A DNA stretch of 64,000 nucleotides from Eledone cirrhosa (GCA_964016885.1 OZ024740.1:383842001-383906000), one strand, 5' to 3'. Counted from the first letter of the stretch, positions 1 through 16,741 are shown. The notes: generated by a model from the letters alone, not told the origin. A program made the numbers and translations.

Positions 1-34
1 TTGATGTTTAACTGTACATGTAATGTATTTCATG

Positions 35-134
<100 letters not shown>

Positions 135-892
135 AATGTGTCTGTGTATGTATGTGTACGTGTGTATGAATATAGGTGCGTAGGTGTGTGTGTGTATGCC
201 TTCTTCTAAGGTAACAAAAATGTCAAAGTGCGCACAAAACTAGTACATCGATCGATATATGCAAATATTCTCACACAATGAATACGATATATGAAAAACA
301 TGCTTCCATAACTAAATATGCGTCGATGTAACAATGTGGTTTTTCTGCGTGTGTATGTGAGCATGTATGTGGGTTGGTGTGTTAGTATGTCTCATTACAA
401 GTGAATGTCGTTCTGTATAGATGTATTTCTCTTTGTTTGATTCTGTGAAAACAAATCTAGTGAATAAAACACAGGTCAAGCATGTACATATAAACACATA
501 TAATATTCATTCTTACTTAACCTTTGTTATTCAGTTACTTCGAGCACATCGGGTGTTATTCTTGGCAGGCGTTTCAATATATGCGTATAAGCACATACAT
601 ATGTACATACACAACCACACACACACACACACACACGCGCAAAAACACAAAGACAAGCGCACACACACACAAAGGCAAGCACACACAGGCACACACACAT
701 AGCAAGATAGATATCTAGATAAAGAGGAAGAAGTGTGGGAGCCGGGAAATGCTAGATCGATACAGTAGTATATAATCATATATTATTTGTAAATTTGCAT
801 GTGAATGCATAACATTCTAAAAACTGCTACTCTTACAAAATGCCTGTCAGTATATATACATATATATATATATATAGATAGGAACGAGTAGG

Positions 893-988
893 ACCCCGAC
901 GGCTGAGCTCAAGCCATTTCGACGGCTAATTCTGGACTAAATGAACATTTTTATCCTGGTATATGAATAGCCGAGCTTCTCAGGGGGT
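893..988 (-). ncRNA. Degenerate type I hammerhead in PLE1 pLTR (other copies 4487-4582 minus, 5795-5890 plus)
   Basis: ACCCC-CTGAGAA-[g..cggctattc...gaattagccgtc]-GAAA-tggcttgagctcagccg-TC-GGGGT; stems I-III pair but the core departs from CUGANGA in all three copies. Confidence 0.6.
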
Positions 989-2067
989 AATTCCATATAT
1001 GGTAAAAGTGATTGTCACAAGGATTGGTCAAAAGTTTGTTGTTGAGACACATAATTCTATCATGGCAATTTGGGGTCGGAAGGGTAGCTGAACCTGCCAG
1101 TAGAAGAAAGATGAAGAGGGGGTGGGGGTAACCCAGTCGTGCGTTGATAGTGCCAACTACAGCAGGGCAGGAGGTCAAGGAAGCATACTAGGGAGGGGGA
1201 GGGGGAGGAAGCCGAAACAATAAGTAAAACAATATGGGGTAAATATATAGAAAAATACCGAGAATGTTAAAAAAACAATTAAATATAAAAAACAATTTCT
1301 GGTTACTATTCCCTAAGGACAGCCATCAAGTATCTCACTGGTACTGCTAAACTATAGAAAGGTTTACTAGGTGGGACAAAATTATAATGAGACCCTTTTA
1401 AGAGGTTGTAGTAACCAACCGTGTATATCTTACAGTGACGGGTCAACAAGTGGGGGGCCAAAATACTAAAGAAACTACCACGAAATAATAATTCAGAGTC
1501 CCGAGACTAATACGAAATAATTGTTTCTACCCTAGGCACAAGGCCAGCAACCACCCAGTGCAAAAAAATAAACTAATACGAAATAATTATTCAGAATCCC
1601 GAAAAATAATACTAATACTATCTCTAAGGGTGCCGCTACGATACAAAAATTTTAGTGCAAACTACATAAATGCTCGTACGAAATATATGAAAAATTTGAT
1701 ACGGAAAATCAATTCAGACCCCCACACACACAAAACAAATAAATACTGATATACGAGAAATTAAAGCAAAGATACCACTAAGAAATGTAGAACGCACGAA
1801 AAAGGGGCAGCCATCGGATAAGAAAGGAAGTATCCGGGGTCTATCACATCTGCTATAAAAAGCGGAGTCGGCCAATTCTATCATAGAATAGGGGAAGGGG
1901 GTGGGGGTACTGAGGCTACAAAGGACCGAGGGGCTGCCTCGGGTGGGTGAGAAAGTGAAAAGGACGACGACAAAGAAAGAGGACTGTAGTAGAAGGACGA
2001 GGAAGGGATGGGGGAAAGAAGGAAATATAGAGGAAGCGATAAAAAGATATAAAAGAAGATCTTACGT

Positions 2068-4301
2068 CTACCTTTGCAAGCAAGGGCTACCCATTACAAA
2101 GTCGGCAAGCGGGGTGTTACAGCCCTTGTATACCCCCCACCACCCCCGGATCATTATGGGGTTTGAGGGCGAGGTAAGCCCTACGCAATCTGTGTTTGCA
2201 TGCAGTTATCAGTTCATCTTTCTTGTTTAGGAGTTGGTCCGTCGAAAACAGCATTTGTAAAGTTTCCTCCGAGCATAAATTGCACGCACGGCATCCCCCC
2301 GTGTAAGAGTTGGCTCTGTACAGTAAGCTCTAAGTGAGATCATAGGTAATATCGTTATACTTGAGGTCCCAGATGTGGCCCGAAAGTGTGGTGGCGTGAC
2401 GCCGGGCCGGGTTTTCGGAAGGTATGTCTGTGTTGGTATAGCCGGGTCTTGAAGTCACATGCGGTTAATCCTATATAAGCTTTGTTGTGGGTTGTCCGTC
2501 CTCACGTTGCACTGGTAGATCACATTACGATCTCTGCATCTGTTGTCGAGGGGGCAAATGGATCCATCAGGTCAGTTGCACCTCCTGGTCGGCTCTATAC
2601 TGCTATTTAGGTTATTTCTTCCATCGGGGTTGAGTTTTTTGTTGTTAGAGGAGACGATGTTTTGTGAAAAGTTTGGTGTGGTGCTGTAGGAGAGTTTGAT
2701 GTTATTTTTGTTAATTATGTTCTGGTAGCGGTGTTGTAGTGGGAAGTGTATTTCAATGAGCCAAAGAAGATTTTCCCGATAGGAGTTGTAACCTCGGCGT
2801 TGTGGGGAGGATTGAACCACGTTACGTTGCGTGAGCGGCGTTGTCGCCTGCTGGTTCCGCTAATGGAAGCTGGAGAGTAGGATATTTCCTCCCGGAAACC
2901 ACTCCGCTTGAGGGCCTGGTTATAATAAGGCGCATGTTCCTCGAATATCTGCTCATTAGCGGACAAACGAGATATGCGGAGGGAGATGTTTTTAACCAGG
3001 TTATTGGATGTTCCTAGGATGTTCCTAGGATGGTTTGACCGGCGGTGGATGTAGTGCAGGTTGTCGTTGGGTTTCCTGTATGGGTAGTACAGATCAATAT
3101 CGGGGTCAAGGGTAACGTCCAGGAAGTTTACTCGGGTCAGGTACGTTTGTAAGGTTATTTTAAATCCCCAGTCGCGGAAGAAGCTGATCAATTGTTTACG
3201 GACCCGATCTGTACTACTGGGGTTGTACCATTTAAGTGTAAGGAGCCCATCATCACGGTACAATCCACCGCCGAATGCAGGAAACATATCAGTGAGTTTA
3301 GCTAGTAGGAATAATCCTATAAGATCTGTGACCGCAGCCGAATCCGTCGCGCCCATGCTAACGTCGAAGGGTGAGTCGGGATCTCTCTTTATCCATTTGG
3401 AGTTGTCGAAGAGTAGGGCTGTCTTCCTCGCGTGGAGGATGATGTTTCTTTCCTGGTCGGTGATGGCCGCAAGTGTTTCGGCAAAGTCCAAGGAAGCCGT
3501 AAGTAGCGGTAAGGTAATTGAAGCATAGTAACTCTCTATGTCAAACTGGATGAATTTAGTGTCTCGTTTGTCCTCCATATTGCTGAACCCTGAGATTACT
3601 TCCTGGGTGTTGACCCATAGGCTAAGTCTGGCGTTTTGCTTAACTTTTGGTATAACGCGGTCTAGTATTTTTTTGCTGATTCTCCCTACGTCGGACTTCG
3701 TTGGGTTTATAAGCTTGATAGAAGGTTTACGGTCGAAATCGGATTTGTGGTCCTTCAGTGTGAAGTAGGGTGTCCGTGGGTCTAGAGGTTCCGTGCGGTC
3801 GGCGACCACGAGGCTGGAGGTAATTTGTTGTCCATCTCGATTTATGTCCTCGATGCATGAATGGTTAGCCTTTTTATAGGGGGAGTTTAGGCTGCTCCTG
3901 ATCAGTGTGTGGTATATGTCGGGGTTGACGAAGTAGAGGTTACCAGTTTTATCCGAGTGCACCATGATATCATTCGTGTTATCATACTCTGTTAAGTTGC
4001 TACGGAGTTTTTGTAGGAATCAGTTGTGTCTGGGTTTGAATTTAATGTTCTTGACCAGTTGGAAAAGGTCATTCTCGAAGGGTGAGAGCATAGGCTTCGG
4101 AGGGGGAGATATGTAGGTATTAAATCCGAATCTCTCCTTGGTACCGAAGTCCTGATTGTCGCAATATCTGTCGTAGAGAAAAGTTATCCATCTAAATCTT
4201 TTCGCAAATAGGTCGATTTTTTGCGTGAGCATCCGAAGGTAAAGTTTTTTCGGTGGAACTGGGATGTTCTTGGTAGAGAAGTCGATGTTGTGATTTCGCA
4301 T
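2068..4301 (-). pseudogene. PLE1 RT + GIY-YIG polyprotein with in-frame stops and frameshifts
   Basis: MRNHNIDFSTKNIP start; QFDIESYY, MGATDSA, GLYRDD, VNFLDVTL, CN*PDGSICPLDNRC, NVIY..AYIGLT..FKTRLYQH, CRACNLCSEE. TGA at 4020-4022 and 2572-2574, TAG near 2330, frameshifts near 2770, 2485 and 2415. Colinear with the 42541 ORF. Confidence 0.92.
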
Positions 4302-5996
4302 GGTGCGGGTGAAAGTACTTGAGCTTAGCGGAAAAGTCTGGATACGGCGTGGTAGGGTCCGAAAGTGCTCTACTACGGGAATAGGAGCTAGATAACGAAG
4401 GAAATCTGGTAAGGAACCAGGTGGACCATAACGCACCAAAGTACTCAATACTTAGGGTAGTAGAGTGTGTAATAGGAACGAGTAGGACCACGACGGCTGA
4501 GCTCAAGCCGTTTCGACGGCTAATTCTGGACTAAATGAAAATGTTTATCCTTCTATATGAATAGCCGAGCTTGTGAGGGGGTAATTCCATATATGGTAAA
4601 AGTGATTGTCACAAGGATTGGTCAAAAGTTTGTTGTTGAGACACAAAATTCTATCATTGCAATTTGTGGAAGGAAGGGGTAGCTGCACCTGCCAGTAGAA
4701 AAAAGAGGGAGAGGGAGTGGAGGAAACCCAGTCGTGCGTTGATAGTGCCAACTACAGCAGGGCAGGAAGTCAAGGTTATATACTAGGGAGGGGGAGGGGG
4801 AGGAAGTTGAAACAATAAGTAAAACAATATGGGGTAAATATACAGAAAAAATACCGAGAATGTTAAAACAACAATTACATATAAAAAAAACAATTTCTGG
4901 TTACTATTCCCTAAGGACAGCCATCAAATCTCTCACTGGTACTGCTAGACTATAAAAAGGTTTACTAGGTGGGACGGAATTATAATGAGACCCTTTTAAG
5001 AGGTTGTAGTAATCAACCGAGTATATCTTACGGTGACGGGTCAACAAGTGGGGGGCAAACATACTAAGAAACTACCACGAAATAATAATTCAGAGTCCCG
5101 AGACTAATACGAAATAATTGTTTCTACCCTAGGCACAAGGCCAGCAACCACCCAGTGCAAAAAATAAACTAATACGAAATAATTATTCAGAATCCCGTAA
5201 AAGAATACTAATACTATCTCTAAGGGTGCCGCTACGATACAAAAAGTCTAGTGCAAACTACATAAATGCTTGTACGAAGTATATGAAATATTTGATACGG
5301 AAAATTAATTCAGAATCCCCCCCCCCTCCCCACAAAAAAAATAAATATTGATATACGAGAAATTAAAGCAAAGATACCACTAAGAAATGTAGAAAGCACG
5401 GAAACGGGGCAGCCATCGGATAAGAAAGGAAGTATCCAGGCTCTATCACATCTGCTATAAAAAGTGGAGTCGGCCAATTCTATCATAGAATAGGGGAAGG
5501 GGTGGGGGATACTGAGGCTACAAAGGACCGAGGGGCTGCCTCGGGTGGGGGAGAATGTGAAAAGGACGACGACTTCCTCCCCCTCCCCTCCCTAGTATAC
5601 TTCCTTGATCTCCTGCCCTGCTGTAGTTGGCACTATCAACGCATGACTGGGTTTCCTCCACACCCTCACCCCCTTTCTTCTATTGGCAGGTTCAGCTACC
5701 CATCCTCCCACAAATTAGCATGATAGAATTATGTGTTTCAACAACAAACTTTTGACCAATCCTTTTGACAATCACTTTTACCATATATGGAATTACCCCC
5801 TCAGAAGCTCGGCTATTCATATACCAGGATAAAAATTTTCATTTAGTCCAGAATTATCCGTCGAAACGGATTGAGGTCAGCCGTCCGGGTCCTACTCGTT
5901 CCTATTACCCACTCTACTACCGTAAGTATTGAGTACTTTGGTGCGTTATAGTCCACCTGGTTCCTTACCACATTTCCTTCATTATATATATATATT

Positions 5997-7203
5997 GCCT
6001 GATAGTGGGATTTATAACCTTCGGAGAAATGGAAAAATATGAGTGTTGCCGTACATGGGAGTCGAACCCACATCTTTGCTTATCAGACCACTGTGCTACC
6101 ATTACACCAATACACATCCCGTCTCCTTCCATTCGAATTAGAAGCTATGAACTTAGCAAGTGAATGATAAACAAGCAAATTATAAACGTAAACATGTAAG
6201 TATATTTTTGAAACGGTGCGCGAGTTTGAAATTAGAAATTAGAAATTATAATCTTCTCGCCGTATTTTAGACTAAACGAATTTCTAGCCTGATAGTGGGG
6301 TTTATAACCCTCGGAGAAATGGAAAAAGATGAGTGTTGCCGTACATGGGAGTCGAACCCACATCTTTGGTTATCCAGACCACTGTGCTTCCATTACACCA
6401 CTACACATCCAGTCTCCTTGGTAGCACAGTGGTCTGGATAACTAAAGATGTGGGTTCGACTCCCATGTACGGCAACACTCATCTTTTTCCATTTGTCCGA
6501 GGGTTATAAACCCCACTAGAAATTTCTTTAATCTAAAATACGGTGAAAGTATATAATTTCTAATTTCTAATTTCAAACTCGCGCACCGTTTCAAAAATAA
6601 ACTTACATGTTTACGTTTATAATTTGCTTGTTTATCATTTACTTGCTAAGTTAATAGCTTCTAATTCGAATGGAGGGAGACGGGATGTGTATTGGTGTAA
6701 TGGTAGCACAGTGGTCTGGATAACCAAAGATGTGGGTTCGACTCCCATGTACGGCAACACTCATCTTTTTCCATTTCTCCGAGGGTTATAAACCCCACTA
6801 TCAGGCTAGAAATTTCTTTAGCCTAAAATACGGTGAAAGCTTATAATTTCTAATTTCTAATTTAAAACTCGCGCACCGTCTCAAAAATATACTTACATGT
6901 TTACGTTTATAATTTGCTTGTTTATCATTCACTTGTTAAGTTCATAGCTTCTAATTCGAATGGAAGGAGACGGGATGTGTATTGGTGTAATGCTAGCACA
7001 GTGGTCTGGATTACCAAAGATGTGGGTTCGACTCCCATGTACGGCAACACTCATCTTTTACCATTTCTCCGAGGGTTATAAACCCCACTACCAGGCTAGA
7101 AATTTTTTTAGTCTAAAATACGGTGAAAGCTTATAATTTCTAATTTCAAACTCGCGCACCGTTTCAAAAATACACTTACATGTTTACGTTTATAATTTGC
7201 TTG
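5997..7203. repeat. 290-bp tandem unit with tRNA-like module, arranged as two inverted arms
   Basis: Period 290 (5997/6287; 6703/6993); left arm 5997-6419 is the reverse complement of the right-arm unit (6420-7203); (TA)n on both sides. Confidence 0.9.
6686..6756 (+). ncRNA. tRNA-derived cloverleaf / Pol III promoter (pseudo-tRNA); about 5 full or partial copies in the array
   Basis: Box A TGGTGTAATGG, box B GGTTCGACTCC, D stem gtgt/gcac, stem tggt/acca around loop CTGGATA, T stem gtggg/cccat, imperfect acceptor stem, T5 run ~12 nt downstream. Confidence 0.7.
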
Positions 7204-7263
<60 letters not shown>

Positions 7264-7307
7264 TATATATAGCACGTGACTGCTGGACCCGGATATATAT
7301 ATATATT

Positions 7308-7341
<34 letters not shown>

Positions 7342-7559
7342 TATATTAAAATATAGAGAAAAATACTGCAGGTAGCACATGGATAACATGTAATAAAATA
7401 AGTCCCTCATCAGTGATTTGCCGAAGATCATAGATATTTCATTGCATTAAAAATCATATATCTCACTTCGGTGCAATAATAACCAAAATAAGTTATTAGG
7501 ACAATTTTATATATATATGAAACGAGTACGAAGAATTTCCTTGCGTACAGTTTTATACC

Positions 7560-8750
7560 ACAGATGCGATCTCACCCTGTCCTATCGACACCAAAGGTCA
7601 ACGTTCGGGCGAGTAGAATTGAATCCAACCACCAACAACATAGCTGGATGACCGATAATCAAACCAAACCGGAGTACTGTGATCCTTGTGATTTCCAGAT
7701 ATACAACCACTGACACTGTTACGAAGACCAGAAATCTATACTCCATAATATTGAATCAAGTGATTGATTTGTGCGACCAAAATAGCACCAAACACATATT
7801 GAACTAGGAATATTGGATCCTCCGTCAATGTCCGGTGAGCAAAAATAGAGTTCTATCTGCATTGGAATTTACGAACTTGTGCATCTGCTGTGGTGTCAAA
7901 AACAAACGCACATGACCGCACAAATAAACAATGGACCATGCCACGTGGCTTGAACCCGTAAGTGAATTGAAGGTTCTGCAACTCTGACACACATATTATT
8001 TATTATTAAGATGTATAAACTTGACATAACTATTATCATCTTATATTCTCTCAACTAATCACATTTGATCATATTTCTCTATCCAGTTTTCTTCCCCCAT
8101 AATTATTATATTTTTATTATTATTTGAAGAAAATCGGTTTTTTTACATTGTGTTTTCCCCTCCAAATATTCGCTTATATCTCTTTATATATTCTCTATAT
8201 ATTTTTTTATCTTTATTTTTTTATCTTTATTATTTCCACTTTTATCCTCCTTTATATTTTACCTTATTCTTACTTTTATACCTTATTATAGTGTAATCTT
8301 CCCCATGCCTTATTATACACTATTAATTATAGATTATTATTATTACTCTTTTTCCATTTCTAATTACCTCATGTACTTTCTCCTCCGCTATATATATATA
8401 TATATATTGTATACCCTTTGTGTTTGTGTAGCCTCTGCACACCCTCTGCACCATACTATCGACGCCACCCCATCTATGGTTCAGCTAACCACCCGACTCC
8501 CGGGAATGAATATGACCGCAGCTAGTAAACAAGGACCCACACCCCACCCCCCCGCACCAAAATTAGACTTATCGTCCCCTACTTTTGCTCTTTACTCTCT
8601 TTACTCTTTGTTCTTGAATGTTTAATTGGTAGAGTCCATAACACCAATCAAACACCTTTTATAGCTCTGACGAATCCTACGGTTACGTAAGGAAGAAACA
8701 TTGTAAGCCAATAAAAATATCTTGATGTTGTAGACGCTCTTGTGCTCTTT
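7560..8750 (+). mobile_element. Highly decayed 3' end of a PLE (GIY-YIG remnant, 3' UTR, HHR)
   Basis: Remnant peptides CPIDTKG, CDFQIYNH*HCY, WILRQC resemble the PLE1 C-terminus; ends in HHR + AATAAA, then (TA)n. Confidence 0.5.
8662..8710 (+). ncRNA. Type I hammerhead ribozyme
   Basis: tagct-CTGACGA-atcctacggttacgtaaggaa-GAAA-cattg-TA-agcca followed by AATAAA. Confidence 0.75.
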
Positions 8751-8762
8751 TTCATATATATT

Positions 8763-8828
<66 letters not shown>

Positions 8829-8945
8829 GAGAGAGAGATAGGGGGAGAGAGGGAGAGCGAGAGTGACAGAGAGAGATATGTTTATCCCGGGTTCAATTGG
8901 TGGTAACCACACCAAGTAAGATACTCAGTACAAAGCAGAGTATAA

Positions 8946-9080
8946 GTATTTAATATATAAAAGGCTTCTACAGGACTAGAACTCTTTCACTCAGAAATCA
9001 TCAGGAAGCCCCTGATAATTTCTTTCGAATGAAACTGTTCTAGCCCTGTACCCTGTAGAAGACTATTCTATATTAAATAT
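8946..9080. repeat. Short palindromic insert with two degenerate hammerhead cores
   Basis: Imperfect inverted arms; minus CTGATGA..GAAA gagt TC, plus CTGATAA..GAAA ctgt TC; stem I lost at the turnaround. Confidence 0.55.
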
Positions 9081-9090
9081 ATATATATTA

Positions 9091-12542
<3,452 letters not shown>

Positions 12543-12624
12543 CTATTAAAATAACTGATTAAAGTTTAAGCAAAGAATCGCTGCTTTCACCATTAACGGG
12601 ATCTTCTGAAACTAACAAAGTCAA

Positions 12625-13020
12625 TCTGTGAACGCAGAAGTGAATATTTCAAAAAACGTTGCAACCGGTGGAAGACAGGAAGACGATACTTTGGTTCGTG
12701 GAAACGTTCCCTGGGAAAGAACGGGAAAAAACGAATATAATATGTCATTATTTGGAGCGGTGAAAAACAATTACACGCAAAGACAGAACCATGTTTATGG
12801 TATAAAAGAAGTCGTAGACTAATATTCTCTTAGGTGGTTCATAGAGACGTTCTTGGCAATGAACGGAAAAAACGAAGATAATACGTCATATGTGGATCCT
12901 GGAGAACAATTGCACGCAAAGACAAAACCACGTAAAAAGTATAACTGAAGTCGTAGACTAAAATTCTAACTAGGAAACCGAATGATTCTCCGCTTCAGAG
13001 TTAAGAATAAAGTAGATAAA
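12625..13020 (+). mobile_element. Fragment related to the Helitron-like element at 30781-31905, with an internal tandem duplication
   Basis: gtgaacgcagaagt..aacgttgcaaccg matches the reverse complement of ~31655-31700; a ~110-bp block repeats at ~12720 and ~12860. Confidence 0.55.
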
Positions 13021-13559
13021 ATACAGAGGTATTTGAAATTAAATAAATACTTACACGCATCCAAATACGTACATACACAAGCATACGCGAAAACACTCGC
13101 CATAGGTATACAAATACACGCACATATAAATATGTGTGTGTTGGTGTGCGTGTATACAAATAGTTAAATAAACGTATATAAATAAATAAATACGTATATA
13201 ACAAGTGCACACACATACCTACATGTAAATACATGAATGTTCGGAGACGAGCGTCAACCAAAACACGAAGTACACATATACACACACCCTACATACGTAT
13301 GAACCCGTATACTCACACAGACGCAAAACTCACGTATACACATAACCAAAAGCATATGTAGGAGACTATATAAAATATACGCCATAACATATACAATCAA
13401 ATATATGTACGAGAAAGTATACGTACCTTCACAAAACATACAGGTAATATATACTTATCTATGCAAATAATAATGGTATAATAGTAACATATAATTAGCT
13501 ACCACATCAAGACGTAAAATATCCGCGTATAGATCGTTCTATCCGTTAGGGTATGTATA

Positions 13560-13745
13560 TGGAAGGAAGTGTGGTAAGGAACCAGTTGGACCATAACGTA
13601 CCAGAGTACTCAATACTTAGGGTAGTAGAGTGGGTAAAAGGAAAATCCATAACTCCGACGGCAGAGCTCAACTTGAAAAATACGATGAAATCTTTTTTTT
13701 TATTGTCAAACACACTCGCTGTTTCAAATTAAAGTTGCTTGTATA
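13560..13745 (-). mobile_element. PLE1-family pLTR fragment joined to a 290-bp-family-like fragment
   Basis: ggtaaggaaccag..ggaccataacg..gtactcaatacttagggtagtagagtg matches 4408-4470; followed by aaaatacgatgaaa..gtttcaaa..ttgcttg. Confidence 0.6.
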
Positions 13746-13897
13746 TATATATATATATATATATATACGAAATCATTGATATTCCATAGGAATGAAACAA
13801 CTGTTTTCCTGTAGAAGTGATATCTATATAAAATATAATTTTCTTATTCCCTATAAACGTATTTAATAACGTATGTAACTGGTTATTTCCTGATCCC

Positions 13898-13990
<93 letters not shown>

Positions 13991-14450
13991 TACATATTTA
14001 CAGTCCGGTGCCCATGTGTGTGATTCGTTCACCGGGAAGGAGAGGGCCACGTCCTTGTTTAGACATCATCTAGGTGAAGGAAAACTCTGATGTACAACCT
14101 AATATTCGAAGGCAGCTAATGATGTTGACGCGCTCTTACTTTTGGATACGTTTCAACTTACACACTCACTTATATTTATAAATGTATATCTGTGTGTGTG
14201 AGTGTGTGCATGTGTGTATGTGTTTGTGTGTGTGTATGAGTGTGTGTGTGTGTATACATGCATTTACATATTCATTTATTCAAGCATATGTATATATAAA
14301 TTTATATGAATTATTGAAGTACTGTGTGTCCAAAGCAAAAGATAAATGTAGTATACACAATATCCTGAACTATTATCTATATTCATCTGTTGTTATATTA
14401 GTTTATTTCTGAGTTTGGAATATTCACTATTCCAAATATCGATATATACA

Positions 14451-14561
<111 letters not shown>

Positions 14562-15783
14562 TTGGAAGAAGAATCAGAAGTTTTATGAAAGGTGGGTGAA
14601 CGTGGCGAGAATGGCCCGAGTGAATGGGCCTTCTCGCTATATCAGACTGTAGATTGAGGAAAAAGAGGAAGAGAGGAAAGGGGTACAAACTCTTCGTACT
14701 CCTAGAGATGAGGGTTGCACATTTTTTCGGGGGTATGCGTTACCCATATGAAATGTCTCCCACTATTGGGGAAAATCGATTAATTTTTAAATTGCATTTG
14801 TGATAGTATTTTACACGTTTTTATTGAATGTAAACTTCCCCCTTTGTATTTGTCCCCTTCGTTTGTGCCCCTGTGGCTAATAAAGAAACATATCTATCTA
14901 TCTATCTATCTATCTATCACTGTATCACTCTCTTTTCATGTGGCAAACTTTAGCTTACTTACTAGTATCGTTTATAACCTAAATCCTACAGAGAAGCCCC
15001 ATAACACCTACTTTATGGATTTGTGGCATACAAACTGTTGAACAATTATACATGACCTATCCCTTATCGACACGACATCACTTCCATACACATCTGAAGT
15101 CTTTAATGCGATATGGCAGATGCTTAACTTCACTGTTTCCAATGTATTCAAAAGAAGCCAAATCTCTTTCCAGATAAATAAAACCATAGAACTATCCCGA
15201 GAGAAAATATATAACACTCTTTAGGAAATTTTAATTATCTCATTCAATAAATCATTCCTGGAAAATACTAATATTAGCAGTGCACGCATTCGGCAATAAC
15301 AAGGCACGAATCGAAAAAACATATTTTACAGAACAGCATGAAACATCCTCTGCAATCTACAGGGTGTAGAAACGATTAGACAATTGTGAACATCTACCTT
15401 TTAGCCGAATGTGTGTGTTTAATAATTTAACCCGAAAACAACATTCTATATAATGATTCTTAAATAAATAGATGTGTTTCTCAAGAAACAATAATAAGCC
15501 ATCTCCACAGCGCCCCAAGAAATTTACTTGCACAATTTCAGTGAATGCAATCCTAGCATATAAATCCCTAACAAAATTTTAATAGACTGATAAATGAGGT
15601 CTGGCGAATGCCTCGTTACTTTTATTGAGCTGGTGTGTACGAATTTAAGCAGAATCTACTTCTTTGGTTAGCAATACCAATTACGCCCACTAAGATTTTA
15701 CGTTATTGACTGTGAATATAATAGAATTAAAGATTTATTTGTTGCTTGTCTGCTATCATATAACCACAGACTCTCTTTCTTTT

Positions 15784-15940
<157 letters not shown>

Positions 15941-15941
15941 C

Positions 15942-15975
<34 letters not shown>

Positions 15976-16687
15976 ATACATATATATGCACATGATGATG
16001 TCTGCAATTCGATTTCGAGTAATGATATCGCTTGATACTTAAGCATGAGTACCACGGATGTAGATTTTTAGTCTTGCTAGTGACTTGCCTACCGCCAGTC
16101 ATGCCATGTATTGCAAAATGTCACACATCAAGCGATGCCTGTGCTTGAACTGTTTTTAAATGAGGAGAGGCTTTGCACGGAGCCAATTCCCCTCTTTCTC
16201 AAATCGAATGTATTTACGCAAAGAGTAGATCTGGTCTACATCGTATCATTGGATGAAAACGAAGTCACATATTTTATATCAGGGTGGCTTTCTATAAGGG
16301 AGGTGGCTTTCTCTCACTCCACTACCGAATGGTGGTTCAGTGTAAATAAGCAAAATATTCGAAAGTTTCTACATTTGAGAATCCTGGTTTGAATATATAC
16401 ACAAACGTACTAAGGAGTATACACGCACAGACAATACATCATATATGAGACATCGTAATGAAAATTTACATAGAAACTCACACTACAAGCTTACTAAATG
16501 TTTTCATAATCTTTGGAACTGCCCTGACTCAAACAAAATATACATACACACACACATGCACACACACACACACGCGCGCACACACACAGACACATACACA
16601 CACATACATAAACACACACACACACACACACATACACGCACACACATATACATACACACGCACACACATACATACACACACACACAC

Positions 16688-16734
<47 letters not shown>

Positions 16735-16741
<7 letters not shown>

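Larger units (their letters stand above)
878..5983 (-). mobile_element. Penelope-like retroelement PLE1, disrupted; partial tandem with inverted 5' pLTR
   Basis: ~1.1-kb direct repeats (878-1971 and 4472-5573) flank an RT+GIY-YIG pseudo-ORF; 5573-5983 is an inverted copy of ~4393-4807; both ends abut (TA)n. Confidence 0.92.

Noticed and set aside
2572-2574. In-frame TGA at the conserved second Cys of CNC in PLE1 (possible selenocysteine, as reported for some Naiad PLEs)
   Set aside because: The same copy has another TGA at a non-Cys site, a TAG and three frameshifts; PLE2 has TGT here; no SECIS recognised. Ordinary decay is simpler unless the family consensus keeps TGA.
878-5573. LTR retrotransposon (1.1-kb direct repeats)
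   Set aside because: No TG..CA ends, gag or integrase; RT+GIY-YIG and an inverted extra copy mark a PLE partial tandem.
6205-6325. HHR on the strand opposite the tRNA module (GAAA-cggtg..caccg-TA; CTGATAG)
   Set aside because: Core reads CTGATAG and no stem I or II register joins the two halves.
6686-6756. Functional tRNA-Ser(GGA) gene cluster
   Set aside because: Broken acceptor stem, no long variable arm, atypical anticodon, and embedded in a mobile-like tandem.
7405-7445. Permuted HHR on minus (GAAA-tatc-TA-tgat..atca-CTGATGA)
   Set aside because: Stem II partners do not pair convincingly and there is a single copy.
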